DNA from: Parcubacteria group bacterium
Lineage (GTDB): Bacteria > Patescibacteriota > Minisyncoccia > Moranbacterales > UBA2206
NCBI GenBank assembly: GCA_041659505.1
Contig: JBAZYF010000003.1
Coordinates: forward strand, 86,026-150,025
Length of the DNA: 64,000 nt
Reading direction: 5' to 3'
Shown: positions 46,057 through 55,831 of the stretch, in pieces
Numbering within the stretch: the first letter of the stretch is position 1
Layout: every line of letters begins with the position of its first letter
Program-made: the position numbers and the translations under genes
The notes under the pieces: model-generated
What the model saw: the letters and a program-made list of their open reading frames with translations, nothing else
Database searches by the model: none
What the model was told of the DNA's origin: nothing

Positions 46057-48315
46057 ATGAAACTGATTATTGTTGAGTCGCCGACCAAGGCTAAAACTAT
46101 CACTAAATTTCTTGATAAAAGTTACACGGTCAAATCCAGCTATGGCCACATCCGCGATTTGCCGGTGAAAGAAATGGGCATTGATATCGAGCACGATTTT
46201 GCCCCGCAATATGTCATTCCCAACAAAGTCGCTGATCGCGTCGATGAGTTGAAAAAGCTGGCCAAAAAAGCCGAAAGTGTGATTCTGGCAACTGACGAAG
46301 ACCGCGAAGGAGAAGCTATTTCTTGGCACCTTGCCACGGCCTTGGAACTGGACAAGCATTTCAAGGGTGAAAAAATTGCCCGCATCGTCTTTCATGAAAT
46401 CACCAAAACCGCCATTGAAAAAGCGCTCGCCACACCACGTGAGATAGATTTAAACTTAGTCGATGCCCAACAGGCCCGGCGCATCCTTGATCGCCTGGTT
46501 GGTTATGAGCTCTCGCCTTTTCTTTGGAAAAAAATCCGCCGCGGACTGTCCGCCGGCCGCGTCCAATCGATGGCGCTGCGCATCATTGTCGAACGAGAAA
46601 AAGAAATCGATAAATTTAAAGCGGAAAATTATTGGAAAATAAATCTGACTTTGAAAACTAAGTCTGGCGGAAAGGATTCCGAATTCCCGGCCGAGTTGGT
46701 CAAAAAAAATGAAGAAAAGATTGAGGCCGTCACCACGCTGAAATTGTTCGCCGGTGATTATAAGATCAAAAAAACAATTCTCACGAAAGAAAAAGGCGCC
46801 CTAGATATTATCGCTGATCTAGAAAAATGTGACTACCAAGTTGAGGCACTGACCAAACGAGAAACAACCAAAACTCCGCCACCACCTTTCACAACATCCA
46901 CCTTGCAACAATCCGCTATTAGTAGTCTTGGTTACAGCTCCAAACAAACGATGACCTTAGCGCAAAAACTCTACGAGCAGGGCTTCATCACCTATATGCG
47001 TACAGACAGTCTCAATCTTTCCTTGGAGTCATTGCTCTCTGCTCAAAAAACGATCCATAAATTGTTCGGTAAAGATTTTGCGCTCAAAAGTCCGCGCTAT
47101 TTCAAAAATAAATCCAAAGGCGCACAAGAAGCCCACGAAGCCATTCGCCCGGCTTATCCGGAAAAAACGCCCGAAGAACTCAAGTCTAAACTCGAGCCAG
47201 GACAGTATAAACTATATAGACTGATCTGGAACCGAATGATCGCTTCCCAGATGGAATGCGCCGTTTTCAACTCTGTCAAAGTCGATATTTCCGCTAAAAG
47301 TAAAGCCAGCAAAAATGTCTATGCGCTGAGCGCCAGCGGATCGACCTTGACTTTTGAGGGCTATCTGAAAGTCTATGCCGATAAAAAATCGGCGACAACC
47401 GACACGCTTTTGCCTCCAATGGAAAAAGGCGACGCACTGGAGCTGGCATCTGCCACATCCGAAGGCAAAACAACCACCCAACCTCCACGCTACAATGAGG
47501 CAACGCTTGTGAAAGTGCTGGAAGAAAATGGCATCGGCCGACCATCTACCTATGCGCCAACCATCTCCACAATCATTGATAGAAAATATATCGATAAAAA
47601 CGAAGAGAAGCGACTCTTTCCAGAAGAAATCGGCACATTAGTCAGCGATCTTCTAGTCGCCCACTTTCCTCAAATCGTCGACATGACTTTCACCGCCACA
47701 CTTGAAAAAGATTTCGACGAAATCGCCGAGGGCGCCAAAAAATGGGTGCCGGTCATCAGGGAATTCTATGAACCGTTCCATAAAAATCTCCAAACCAAAA
47801 CTAAGGAAGTGAAAAAAGAAGAGTTTCAAGAAAAGCTGGACAAGAGTTGCCCGGATTGCGGCGGAGATCTGATCATGAAATTTGGCCGCTTCGGAAAATT
47901 TATCGCTTGTTCCAATTATCCCAATTGCCGTTACACAGAAAAAACTGGGGCGGAAAAAAAGATTGAGGAAGAATTTTCCGGAGAGATCTGTGAAAAATGC
48001 GGCGCTAAGATGGCAGTGAAACGGGGAAAATTCGGTGTCTTTCTAGGTTGTTCCAACTATCCGACTTGCAAAAATATCAAACGGATTGAAAACAAAACCG
48101 GCGTCAAATGCCCCAAATGCAAGGTTGGCGATATCGTCGAACGCAAATCCAAAAAAGGCCGTGCCTTTTTCGGCTGCAGCACCTACCCGGCATGCGATTT
48201 CTCCCTTTGGAACAAACCGACCGGAGAAGTTTGTCCTACCTGTGGATCACTCTTAGTTTTCGCCGCCAAAGGCAAAACCAAATGTTCCAACAAGGAATGT
48301 AATTTTGAGAAATAG
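46057..48315 (+). CDS. topA: DNA topoisomerase I
   Basis: TOPRIM (MKLIIVESPTKA...ATDEDREGE). Active-site region. Three C-terminal C4 zinc ribbons. Confidence 0.95.
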   Translation: MKLIIVESPTKAKTITKFLDKSYTVKSSYGHIRDLPVKEMGIDIEHDFAPQYVIPNKVADRVDELKKLAKKAESVILATDEDREGEAISWHLATALELDKHFKGEKIARIVFHEITKTAIEKALATPREIDLNLVDAQQARRILDRLVGYELSPFLWKKIRRGLSAGRVQSMALRIIVEREKEIDKFKAENYWKINLTLKTKSGGKDSEFPAELVKKNEEKIEAVTTLKLFAGDYKIKKTILTKEKGALDIIADLEKCDYQVEALTKRETTKTPPPPFTTSTLQQSAISSLGYSSKQTMTLAQKLYEQGFITYMRTDSLNLSLESLLSAQKTIHKLFGKDFALKSPRYFKNKSKGAQEAHEAIRPAYPEKTPEELKSKLEPGQYKLYRLIWNRMIASQMECAVFNSVKVDISAKSKASKNVYALSASGSTLTFEGYLKVYADKKSATTDTLLPPMEKGDALELASATSEGKTTTQPPRYNEATLVKVLEENGIGRPSTYAPTISTIIDRKYIDKNEEKRLFPEEIGTLVSDLLVAHFPQIVDMTFTATLEKDFDEIAEGAKKWVPVIREFYEPFHKNLQTKTKEVKKEEFQEKLDKSCPDCGGDLIMKFGRFGKFIACSNYPNCRYTEKTGAEKKIEEEFSGEICEKCGAKMAVKRGKFGVFLGCSNYPTCKNIKRIENKTGVKCPKCKVGDIVERKSKKGRAFFGCSTYPACDFSLWNKPTGEVCPTCGSLLVFAAKGKTKCSNKECNFEK

Positions 48316-48324
48316 CATCCATAT

Positions 48325-48480
48325 CCCCTTCGCCCTTAGGGAGAAGGTGCCCGAAGGGCGGATGAGGGAAAGGGCATTACATTAAGATAAAACTAACTTT
48401 ATTTAGATTTTATCCTAACCCAAAGCCCTTGCCCTCACCTGTCACGTGCTCGTGACATCCTCTCCCGAAGGGCGAGGAGG
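48325..48480. repeat. ~155-bp palindromic intergenic element (family copy A) with ~50-nt imperfect terminal inverted repeats
   Basis: Left arm ccccttcgcccttagggagaaggtgcccgaagggcggatgagggaaagggc. Right arm is its imperfect reverse complement. Near-identical arms recur at 61604-61758. Confidence 0.7.
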
Positions 48481-48499
48481 CGTTAAAAAGAATAATTTT

Positions 48500-49996
48500 A
48501 TGTCTATCGAAGCAAAAATTACCATTGAAGATGTCCTGCGTAACGTCAAGTTCAATCTGGAATTCAAAAAAGAAGCTCTGATCCGCAGTGCTTATGCTGT
48601 CGCGGAGAAAGCCCACTTGGGCCAAAAACGCAAATCCGGCAAAGACGACTATATCCAGCATCCTTTGCATACCGCGCTCAATCTGGCGCGTATCGGCTTG
48701 GGTTCCAAAACGATTGCCGCGGGACTTTTGCATGATGTGCCGGAAGATACAACTGTCACGCTCAAGGAGCTGGAACTAAAATTTGGCAAAGAAATTGCCT
48801 GCATGGTTGATGGTGTCACTAAACTGGGTAAGATAAAATTGCGCGGAGCGAAAGAAGATAATTATTTGGAAAATCTGCGCAAGATGTTTTTGGCCATGGC
48901 CTCAGACATCCGCGTCGTTCTCATCAAATTAGCCGACCGTCTGCACAATATGGAAACGCTAGAATATCTTCCGCCTGAAAAACAACAGCGCATCGCGCTG
49001 GAAACGATGGAAGTTTTTGCCCCGATCGCTAATCGCCTGGGAATCGGAGAGATCAAGGTTCGCTTGGAAGATTTATCGTTCAAATATCTCGATCCGGAAA
49101 ATTTCGCCGCGACGGAAAAATTAGTCATGGCGGAATATGGCCAAAGAAAAAAATTCATCGACAAGATGGTCATTGAACTGAAAAAGGAATTGACCAAGGA
49201 AGGGATCAACGTGCTGGAAATTTTCGGACGCACCAAGCACATCTACAGCCTCTACCAGAAATTAAAACGCCACGATATGGACATCAGCAAGGTCTATGAC
49301 CTCCTGGGCATCCGCATCATTGTGTCAGAACTGGCCAACTGTTATGAAACGCTCGGCATCGTGCACAAAAAATATCGTCCACTGGTCGGCCGAATTAAGG
49401 ACTACGTCTCACTGCCTAAACCCAATGGCTACCAATCGATCCACACCACGATTTTTGGACCAGAAGGCATCTTTCTGGAAGTCCAGATCCGCACCAAAAA
49501 AATGGACGACGAGGCGGAATTTGGCATTGCCTCGCACTGGATCTATTCGGAGAAAAAAAGAAAACTGAAAAATTTCTTTATGAAAAGTAAATATGCCGTG
49601 CCGGACGAAGAATTAGCCTGGGTCAATCAGTTGCGCGAATGGCAAAATGATCTTGGCAAGGATGACGCCGAGTTCATGGAAAGTCTCAAGATTGATTTTT
49701 TCAAAAATCATATTTTTGCGTTCACTCCGCAGGGAGATATAATCGACCTGCCGGAAGATGCCACGCCGATCGATTTCGCCTACCGCATCCACGGCGAAGT
49801 CGGCAACCGCGCGAATGGCGCCAAAGCCAATGGCAAGATGGTTACTTTGGATTATAAAATCCAAAACGGCGAAGTGATCGAGATTCTCACCACCCGAGAT
49901 CAAAAAAACCCCAGCCGCGACTGGCTGAAGTTTGTCCGCACGTCTCTGGCAAAAAGTCAGATTAAGAAATATTTGAAGAAAGAAGGGTTGTTATAA
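48500..49996 (+). CDS. rel: RelA/SpoT-family (p)ppGpp synthetase/hydrolase, short form (HD + synthetase + TGS, no ACT)
   Basis: HD motif (LLHDVPED). Synthetase motifs (EVQIRT). TGS domain. Start moved to ATG 48500 because the upstream ORF extension runs through the repeat element. Confidence 0.85.
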   Translation: MSIEAKITIEDVLRNVKFNLEFKKEALIRSAYAVAEKAHLGQKRKSGKDDYIQHPLHTALNLARIGLGSKTIAAGLLHDVPEDTTVTLKELELKFGKEIACMVDGVTKLGKIKLRGAKEDNYLENLRKMFLAMASDIRVVLIKLADRLHNMETLEYLPPEKQQRIALETMEVFAPIANRLGIGEIKVRLEDLSFKYLDPENFAATEKLVMAEYGQRKKFIDKMVIELKKELTKEGINVLEIFGRTKHIYSLYQKLKRHDMDISKVYDLLGIRIIVSELANCYETLGIVHKKYRPLVGRIKDYVSLPKPNGYQSIHTTIFGPEGIFLEVQIRTKKMDDEAEFGIASHWIYSEKKRKLKNFFMKSKYAVPDEELAWVNQLREWQNDLGKDDAEFMESLKIDFFKNHIFAFTPQGDIIDLPEDATPIDFAYRIHGEVGNRANGAKANGKMVTLDYKIQNGEVIEILTTRDQKNPSRDWLKFVRTSLAKSQIKKYLKKEGLL

Positions 49997-50171
49997 AAAA
50001 TCTACTTTCCATTCTTTTCTAAAAAAAAGGGAGGGTGGCAATTTGCCCCCGCCCTGTCGGCTCAAGTCTCTCCGACTTGCCTGCCTGCCTTTTGGAGGGA
50101 AATATTTATTTCTAGTCCAGCTTTGGAAAAAAGCTGATTAGAGCTACAAGGCGAATTCCGCTTATCACCTT

Positions 50172-51164
50172 TTACTCCTTGTTTATTTTTTTAATAGGAT
50201 ACAGCAACCTTGCTGAATCAGGTTGATTTTTAATTGGCGTTGATATTCCGTTGTTGGTTATTTTCAAACTTCCTCCGCGACTTCTAATATTACCAGCAAT
50301 ACTGCCAAATATTTGGGAGTATAAAGCGAAGTCAGTTGGCACACGATATTTATATGTCAATCCTTCCCCTCGAGCTTCATTATCTATTGCAATAATTTTC
50401 ATATTAGTATCCCCACTTTCAGATTCTAGCATTTCACCTATTTTCGCAAAAGGCAATGCATCAACATCATACTTTGCAAAAGGATCGTTATCATTGGTGG
50501 TTGGATTTTTTAAATCATAAGAACGAATTTTGTGATAATGCGGATCGTACAGAACAACTTCATTTTTTTCCTGAATTCTTATCCATTCATGACCAAACGA
50601 GTGTGTTTGACACTCCATTTGACCAACTTGCTCCGTAGATCCCGCTATTGTCTGCACACTCAGAGAGGGGAAAACTTTTTTCAAAATCATTGAGGATATT
50701 AACGATTGGCCAACGCAAGCACTACTTTTTTTTATCAAAATATCATTACTACTGCGGATGTTTTCATTAGCAAGACTAGACTTTATTTCTTGCTTCATAG
50801 TCTGTTCTAGTAATTCAATTTTCCCAATAAGCGTAGAGGGTGAATTCTGTCTTAAAGAATTTTTATACTTATTTTCTAGTTGCAAAAATTCAAACGTTTT
50901 ACATTCTAATTTTAACGGTGTAGCTCTTACCTCGGGAGGATTATTGCTGTAAAATAATTTATCATTATTTAAATCAAATTCAGGAAAAGAAAAATCTACA
51001 AACAAAATATCCCCGCTGTGAGTTTTTATTTCAAAAATATTATCCCCGTTTAATGTCCGCTTTTTTTCTATCTTAAAACCACTGTTTTCAAATAAAGCAT
51101 CGGGTTTATTTTTTTCGTTTTTTCCACCAATTCTATTAAATGTCAACCTCTGATCTATACCCAT
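50172..51164 (-). CDS. hypothetical protein (AT-rich islet)
   Basis: ORF only. Confidence 0.3.
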   Translation of the reverse strand: MGIDQRLTFNRIGGKNEKNKPDALFENSGFKIEKKRTLNGDNIFEIKTHSGDILFVDFSFPEFDLNNDKLFYSNNPPEVRATPLKLECKTFEFLQLENKYKNSLRQNSPSTLIGKIELLEQTMKQEIKSSLANENIRSSNDILIKKSSACVGQSLISSMILKKVFPSLSVQTIAGSTEQVGQMECQTHSFGHEWIRIQEKNEVVLYDPHYHKIRSYDLKNPTTNDNDPFAKYDVDALPFAKIGEMLESESGDTNMKIIAIDNEARGEGLTYKYRVPTDFALYSQIFGSIAGNIRSRGGSLKITNNGISTPIKNQPDSARLLYPIKKINKE

Positions 51165-51382
51165 AGTTATAAAATTAAAATCGTATTAAAGTCCCTCGAG
51201 AACATTTTAATTTTCAAAATATAATTCTAGTGCTTCATCCAAAGCGCATAGTGCCTCTTTTTTAGTTTTTCCAAAACTGGAAACATCCACGTTCAAACAT
51301 TGAGCAACATAATATTCCCCTTCCTTCCAAACCACGTTTTTTAGATCGATTTTGCGCATATAAATATTTCCGTTCCTAAGCA

Positions 51383-52108
51383 CTATTTATTTTTCCTTAC
51401 AATTATTGAAAATTGATTATCGTCAGCCAATTCTCCGTTAAATTTTTCTGGATTAAGCAGCGGATTATCAATGAACTTCAGGATTGCATATCCTTTATTT
51501 GAAAAATAATCCCTGAAAAAATCTTTACTATACCTATTAAAGTATGTTTTGTATTCTGGATTAAATGGTTCTTTTCCAAAAATCTCTTTGTTATTATTTT
51601 TTAACTCCAAAACATTTATTGCAATTAATCCATTCTTTTTCAGTATACGATCGAATTGATTTAGAATTTTCAAGCATTCATTATCATCAACATGGGTTAA
51701 CGTAGCAAAACAAATTATCACATCAAACAGTTCCTTTGAAAACTCTAAATTTCTAATATCCATTACCTGAAACTCTGCTTTGCGTGCATTGTTTTTTGCG
51801 ACTTCTATCATATTCTTTGCCGCATCGATTCCAACAACTCTAAATTTCTTTGAACATTTCTCAGTTAGATATTTAGGATATTCTCCCGTGGCTGTTCCTG
51901 CATCTAGGATCACAGCATTTTCTTTTAATTCTGAAACTATATAATCTATTTCTTTTTGAAATTGAACATTCTCTCCCAGATCTTTGGTCTTAAAATACTC
52001 AATATACTCCTTCACGATATTATTATAAGTTTCAACGGTCGTATCTGTTTTATTTTCTTTTTCTTTTTTGTCCATATTGCATCGCCTTTTCTTCGCAATT
52101 AAAATCAC
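51383..52108 (-). CDS. class I SAM-dependent methyltransferase
   Basis: Motif I VILDAGTATGEY. Motif post-I (RVVGIDAAKNMI). Confidence 0.6.
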   Translation of the reverse strand: MILIAKKRRCNMDKKEKENKTDTTVETYNNIVKEYIEYFKTKDLGENVQFQKEIDYIVSELKENAVILDAGTATGEYPKYLTEKCSKKFRVVGIDAAKNMIEVAKNNARKAEFQVMDIRNLEFSKELFDVIICFATLTHVDDNECLKILNQFDRILKKNGLIAINVLELKNNNKEIFGKEPFNPEYKTYFNRYSKDFFRDYFSNKGYAILKFIDNPLLNPEKFNGELADDNQFSIIVRKNK

Positions 52109-52482
52109 ATAACTTTCAAATAATCAGTATCTTTGTTTCTATCTATCAGCTTATGAGCGTGTTTCATTTCTTCTGGTGTATAGATATAGATTATTTTAAA
52201 TTTTCCAGAAGTTGTTTGATTAAGATTGTTGTGAATAACTTCAATAACATGAACAAGTCCCCAGTAAAGCCATTCACCATCTATATTTTGAGCCAGAAAA
52301 TTACGAACAGGCGGTAAATGATACATCCTAACCTTAGGCTTATCTTTAAACTCAAAAATTTTACCTTCAAAATCAGAAGCAACAATTGGCTTTATTTTAT
52401 GTTGCTCATAATCTAATTCTTTTGGAAAACCCTGCTCCCTAGATATTTGCAGAGTATCATTCATCTCGATGAAACTGCCCAT
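52105..52482 (-). CDS. hypothetical protein
   Basis: ATGA overlap with the methyltransferase gene. Confidence 0.3.
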   Translation of the reverse strand: MGSFIEMNDTLQISREQGFPKELDYEQHKIKPIVASDFEGKIFEFKDKPKVRMYHLPPVRNFLAQNIDGEWLYWGLVHVIEVIHNNLNQTTSGKFKIIYIYTPEEMKHAHKLIDRNKDTDYLKVM

Positions 52483-52557
52483 AATTTTAATTGCTAATTT
52501 TAAAGGTTTGCTTTTTTAAGATTTTACCATAACGCTGAGTTCCACTATATTATATTC

Positions 52558-52818
52558 TTATTGATACAGACAAATATAGCTAGAGGTTTCTTTTGCTACA
52601 ATAGTAAATGGCGCACCTTGCTTGACTACAATCTCTTGACCTGGTATGCATTGCTCATTATTGATTTCCAGTAATCCCGTTAAGCACTGGATTGTTTCTT
52701 CACGATCAGGCGTAAAGGTGTATTTGCCAGGCTCGACAACTCCGACCGATTTATCGAAACCATTGTTACTAAACTCAATGTTTTGAAGACCGCCGTTTGC
52801 GTAGCTGTTGTGTTTCAT
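52558..52818 (-). CDS. ppnP: pyrimidine/purine nucleoside phosphorylase PpnP (DUF1255/YaiE-like cupin)
   Basis: Collinear with YaiE: SVGVVEPGKYTFTPDREETIQCLTGLLEI....SSYICLY against [27 protein letters not shown]....TSYLCRY. Confidence 0.65.
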   Translation of the reverse strand: MKHNSYANGGLQNIEFSNNGFDKSVGVVEPGKYTFTPDREETIQCLTGLLEINNEQCIPGQEIVVKQGAPFTIVAKETSSYICLYQ

Positions 52819-52869
52819 AAAAATTGTTTTAATTGTGCTAAATTTTGTTAATAATATTTACGTTCGATC

Positions 52870-53868
52870 CTACTTCCCAATCCGCTCAATATTCTCTGCG
52901 ATATTTCTCAGTTCCTCTTCGGAATAAAATTCAATCACAATTTTTCCGCCTGCGCCGGATTTTTGCAATTTAACTTTGGTGTTTAGGGCTTGAGAGAGAT
53001 TATCCTCAAGGGCTTTTTGTTCCGGGTCAACGCTGACCTGGCGACTGTGCGTACGCACGGAAACTTCTTTTGTCTTATTTTCCGTCTGACGGACAGTGAG
53101 ACCACTTTTGAGAATCAGATCGAACAGTGCTTTTTGTTTTTCCGGATTTTCCAGTGCCAAAATTGCCTTGGCGTGACCTTCGGTAATCTTGTCTTCCATT
53201 AATGCCTTTTGAATCTCTACAGGAAGGTTCAGGATTCGAAGCTTATTCGCCACCGTCGAACGACTCTTGCCCAATTTGATGGCCGCTTCTTCTTGACTCA
53301 AATCAAAATCCTCCATCAATTTTTGATATGACCGCGCTTCCTCGACTGGATTCAAATCATGCCGCTGGATATTTTCGATGATCGCCAATTCCAGTTTCTG
53401 TTGTTCTGTCACGTCACGTAAAATTACCGGGACTTTCAGAAGGCCTGCCAATTTGGCTGCTTGAAAACGCCGTTCACCGGCGATGATTTCATATTTCTCA
53501 CCATTGCGACTAACCACGATCGGCTGGATAATGCCATGCTCCTTGATTGAGTTGGAAAGTTCCTGTAATTTCGTCTCATCAAAATGAAACCGCGGCTGAT
53601 GCGGATTAGGCACGATCTTGCTAATTTCAACTTCATTATCTTCCAAAAGTTTTGGCGCAACATCGCTACGGAGCTCAGCTCCGGTGCTCCGGAGCTGAGC
53701 TCCGTTTCCGCCGGGCACCTCTAATTTTTCTGCGCGTGTACCGAAATAATTAAAATCCGCTTCCGGCTTGGTGATTTTTTTCTCCCCCTCGTCAGCGCCC
53801 GCGCTAGTTGCTTTTCTTTGTGGGATGAGTGATGATAATCCCCTTCCCAGTCCATAGTTTTGTGCCAT
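52870..53868 (-). CDS. parB: ParB/Spo0J partition protein
   Basis: ParB box (IQPIVVSRNGEKYEIIAGERRFQAAKLAGL). HTH. Confidence 0.85.
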   Translation of the reverse strand: MAQNYGLGRGLSSLIPQRKATSAGADEGEKKITKPEADFNYFGTRAEKLEVPGGNGAQLRSTGAELRSDVAPKLLEDNEVEISKIVPNPHQPRFHFDETKLQELSNSIKEHGIIQPIVVSRNGEKYEIIAGERRFQAAKLAGLLKVPVILRDVTEQQKLELAIIENIQRHDLNPVEEARSYQKLMEDFDLSQEEAAIKLGKSRSTVANKLRILNLPVEIQKALMEDKITEGHAKAILALENPEKQKALFDLILKSGLTVRQTENKTKEVSVRTHSRQVSVDPEQKALEDNLSQALNTKVKLQKSGAGGKIVIEFYSEEELRNIAENIERIGK

Positions 53869-53878
53869 TTTTTTATTT

Positions 53879-54673
53879 TTAAACTGAAAACTTTTTAACT
53901 TCTTTTTTCTCCAGCCCGATCACTTCCTTGGCAAAATTTTTATAGGATCTTGCACCGCGCGAAAAAGAATCAAATCCGAGGATTGATTTGCCAAAGCCAG
54001 GTGCTTCAGCGAGACGCACACTTCGTGGAATGACACTTTCGAAAACGTGCCCAGGGAAATGATCTTGCACTTCTTTCACGACCTGACGTGCCAAACGATT
54101 GCGCTTGTCATACATCGTGAGCAGTGCACCCATAATTTTGAGATTTGGCTGCAAATTTTCTTTCACAAGCGTGATGGTGTTCAAAAGCTGACTCAGTCCT
54201 TCCAAGGCAAAATATTCGGTCTGCACAGGAATAATCACTTCGTCGCAGGCTACCAGACCATTAATTGTGAGCAGGCCAAGGCTAGGCGGAGAATCAATAA
54301 TGATATAGTCATAATTTGTGCGAATTTCACGCAAAACGTTATAGAGCCGAAATTCCCGATTGTCCATATGTACAAGTTCTATCCCCGCTCCCGCCAAATC
54401 TTGCGAAGACGGAATCAGATCATGCCCCAGTGTTTCCGTACGCATAATAATTTTTGAAGGATGTTCGCCCAAAATCATCGAGTGATAGAGACTTTTTTCA
54501 ATCGTGCGGATGTCAAACCCGAGGCCCGATGAAGCATTGCCCTGCGGATCAAGATCGACTAGGAGCACAAATTTCCCCGCCGACGCCAAATAGGTCGCAA
54601 GGTTGATGGCCGAGGTAGTTTTACCCACTCCGCCCTTCTGGTTGACTAATGAAATAATCTTTGCCATAATCAA
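53879..54673 (-). CDS. parA: ParA/Soj partition ATPase
   Basis: Deviant Walker A KGGVGKTT. Confidence 0.9.
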   Translation of the reverse strand: MIMAKIISLVNQKGGVGKTTSAINLATYLASAGKFVLLVDLDPQGNASSGLGFDIRTIEKSLYHSMILGEHPSKIIMRTETLGHDLIPSSQDLAGAGIELVHMDNREFRLYNVLREIRTNYDYIIIDSPPSLGLLTINGLVACDEVIIPVQTEYFALEGLSQLLNTITLVKENLQPNLKIMGALLTMYDKRNRLARQVVKEVQDHFPGHVFESVIPRSVRLAEAPGFGKSILGFDSFSRGARSYKNFAKEVIGLEKKEVKKFSV

Positions 54674-54786
54674 TAAGTGGTTATTCGCTTCGCGAACCCG
54701 TATTGCGAAAACGGGACATGCGAATAATCTTTGTATAATGAAATTATACTACAATTTTTGCATAAGTCCAAATAGCGCGAAAACCG

Positions 54787-54868
54787 CGCCGATGTGGTGA
54801 AATTGGCAAACACGCACGACTCAAAATCGTGTACCGCAAGGTTTGTGGGTTCAAGTCCCACCATCGGC
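54787..54868 (+). tRNA. tRNA-Leu (anticodon CAA), class II with long variable arm. CCA not encoded
   Basis: Acceptor GCCGATG/CATCGGC. D-arm TGGTGAAATTGGCAAACAC. Anticodon stem-loop CACGA-CTCAAAA-TCGTG. 13-nt variable arm. T-arm GTGGG-TTCAAGT-CCCAC. Closely parallels E. coli tRNA-Leu. Confidence 0.8.
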
Positions 54869-54928
54869 ACAAAAAATATTCTTGTCGCAGGAACGAGCTA
54901 GCAAATTAGTGTCGCCCGCCTTTTGGCA

Positions 54929-54951
54929 GGAACGGGTTTGTAACCCGTTCC
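54929..54951. repeat. REP-like hairpin copy 1 (ggaacgggtt-NNN-aacccgttcc)
   Basis: Perfect 10-bp stem; also at 55504-55526 and 56613-56635. Confidence 0.7.
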
Positions 54952-54990
54952 GCATAGCTTACAATCTTTTTTAGCTTATCAAAACAAAAA

Positions 54991-55494
54991 ATGCCTTCGG
55001 TAAAAATACACAAAGAGTTTAGCTCAGGAACTTATTTCCTCACTTTTAGTGTTAAAAATCTTTATTACTTCTTCGATCAATATTATCGGTGGAATATCCT
55101 AGCTGATTCGCTAAAATATTGCCAAAAAGAAAAGCAACTAAAGATCTATGCTTTTGTGTTTATGCTAAATCATCTCCATCTAATAGCTAGCTCACCAGAT
55201 GTTTCTGGTTTTGTTTGCGATTTCAAAAAATTTACTTCAAAAGAATTTCACAGAAACATTGAAAGCACAGAACCCAATGTGCTGAAATTATTTTTAGACG
55301 CCGATGGAAAATATGAATTTTGGGAAAAAACCAATATGCCGAAAATAATCGAAACCGAGGAATTTTATTTGCAAAAAGTAAATTACATCCACAACAATCC
55401 AGTGAAGAAAAATTATGTCACTGAACCGGAGCACTGGCATTGGTCGAGCGCAAATCCGCACTGTGAAATTACGCCTAATAAAATTTATAGCTAG
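54991..55494 (+). mobile_element. IS200/IS605-type Y1 HUH transposase (RAYT-like)
   Basis: HuH motif MLNHLHLIA. Conserved downstream Tyr region (YIHNNPVKKNYV). Flanked by REP-like hairpins. Confidence 0.6.
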
Positions 55495-55552
55495 TAAACT
55501 AAAAGGAACGGGTTGCAAACCCGTTCCTGCTGTTGGATGCGACAATAATTCC
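55493..55552. repeat. REP-like element copy 2 (~60 nt, direct orientation relative to copy 3)
   Basis: aaactaaaaggaacgggttgcaaacccgttcctgctgttggatgcgacaataatt against copy 3 at 56602-56661 (~8 mismatches). Confidence 0.65.
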
Positions 55553-55560
55553 TAGAAGAC

Positions 55561-55830
55561 TTACTTCTCCAACTCTTTAAGTAATTCGATCTCCTTATTG
55601 ACTAATCTTTGCCACAAAATTTTGTCATTTTTTACTATCGATTCCTCCTTTGCTCGATAAATATCCACTAAGTTCTCAAGAAAGTCGGGATTGTCTTCTA
55701 ATAAAGCGACGAGCTCACATAGCTGATTATCATTAGCTTGGGACAGCAAATTAATCATATACTCTCTATTATTTTCAGACAGAGAGGAATTCATCATTAA
55801 GTTTATACCTTTTTCTGTATTTGTTGCCAT
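55561..55830 (-). CDS. hypothetical protein
   Basis: ORF between REP copies 2 and 3. Confidence 0.3.
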   Translation of the reverse strand: MATNTEKGINLMMNSSLSENNREYMINLLSQANDNQLCELVALLEDNPDFLENLVDIYRAKEESIVKNDKILWQRLVNKEIELLKELEK

Positions 55831-55831
55831 A

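Noticed and set aside
45958-46395. 145-aa ORF on the minus strand
   Set aside because: Lies entirely antisense within the well-supported topA coding region; no motifs; spurious.
53656-53700. 34-nt palindrome ggagctcagctccgg-tgct-ccggagctgagctcc
   Set aside because: Lies inside the parB coding sequence and encodes a duplicated peptide (GAQLRS/GAELRS) in the low-complexity N-terminal region; most likely a coding-sequence duplication rather than a regulatory element.
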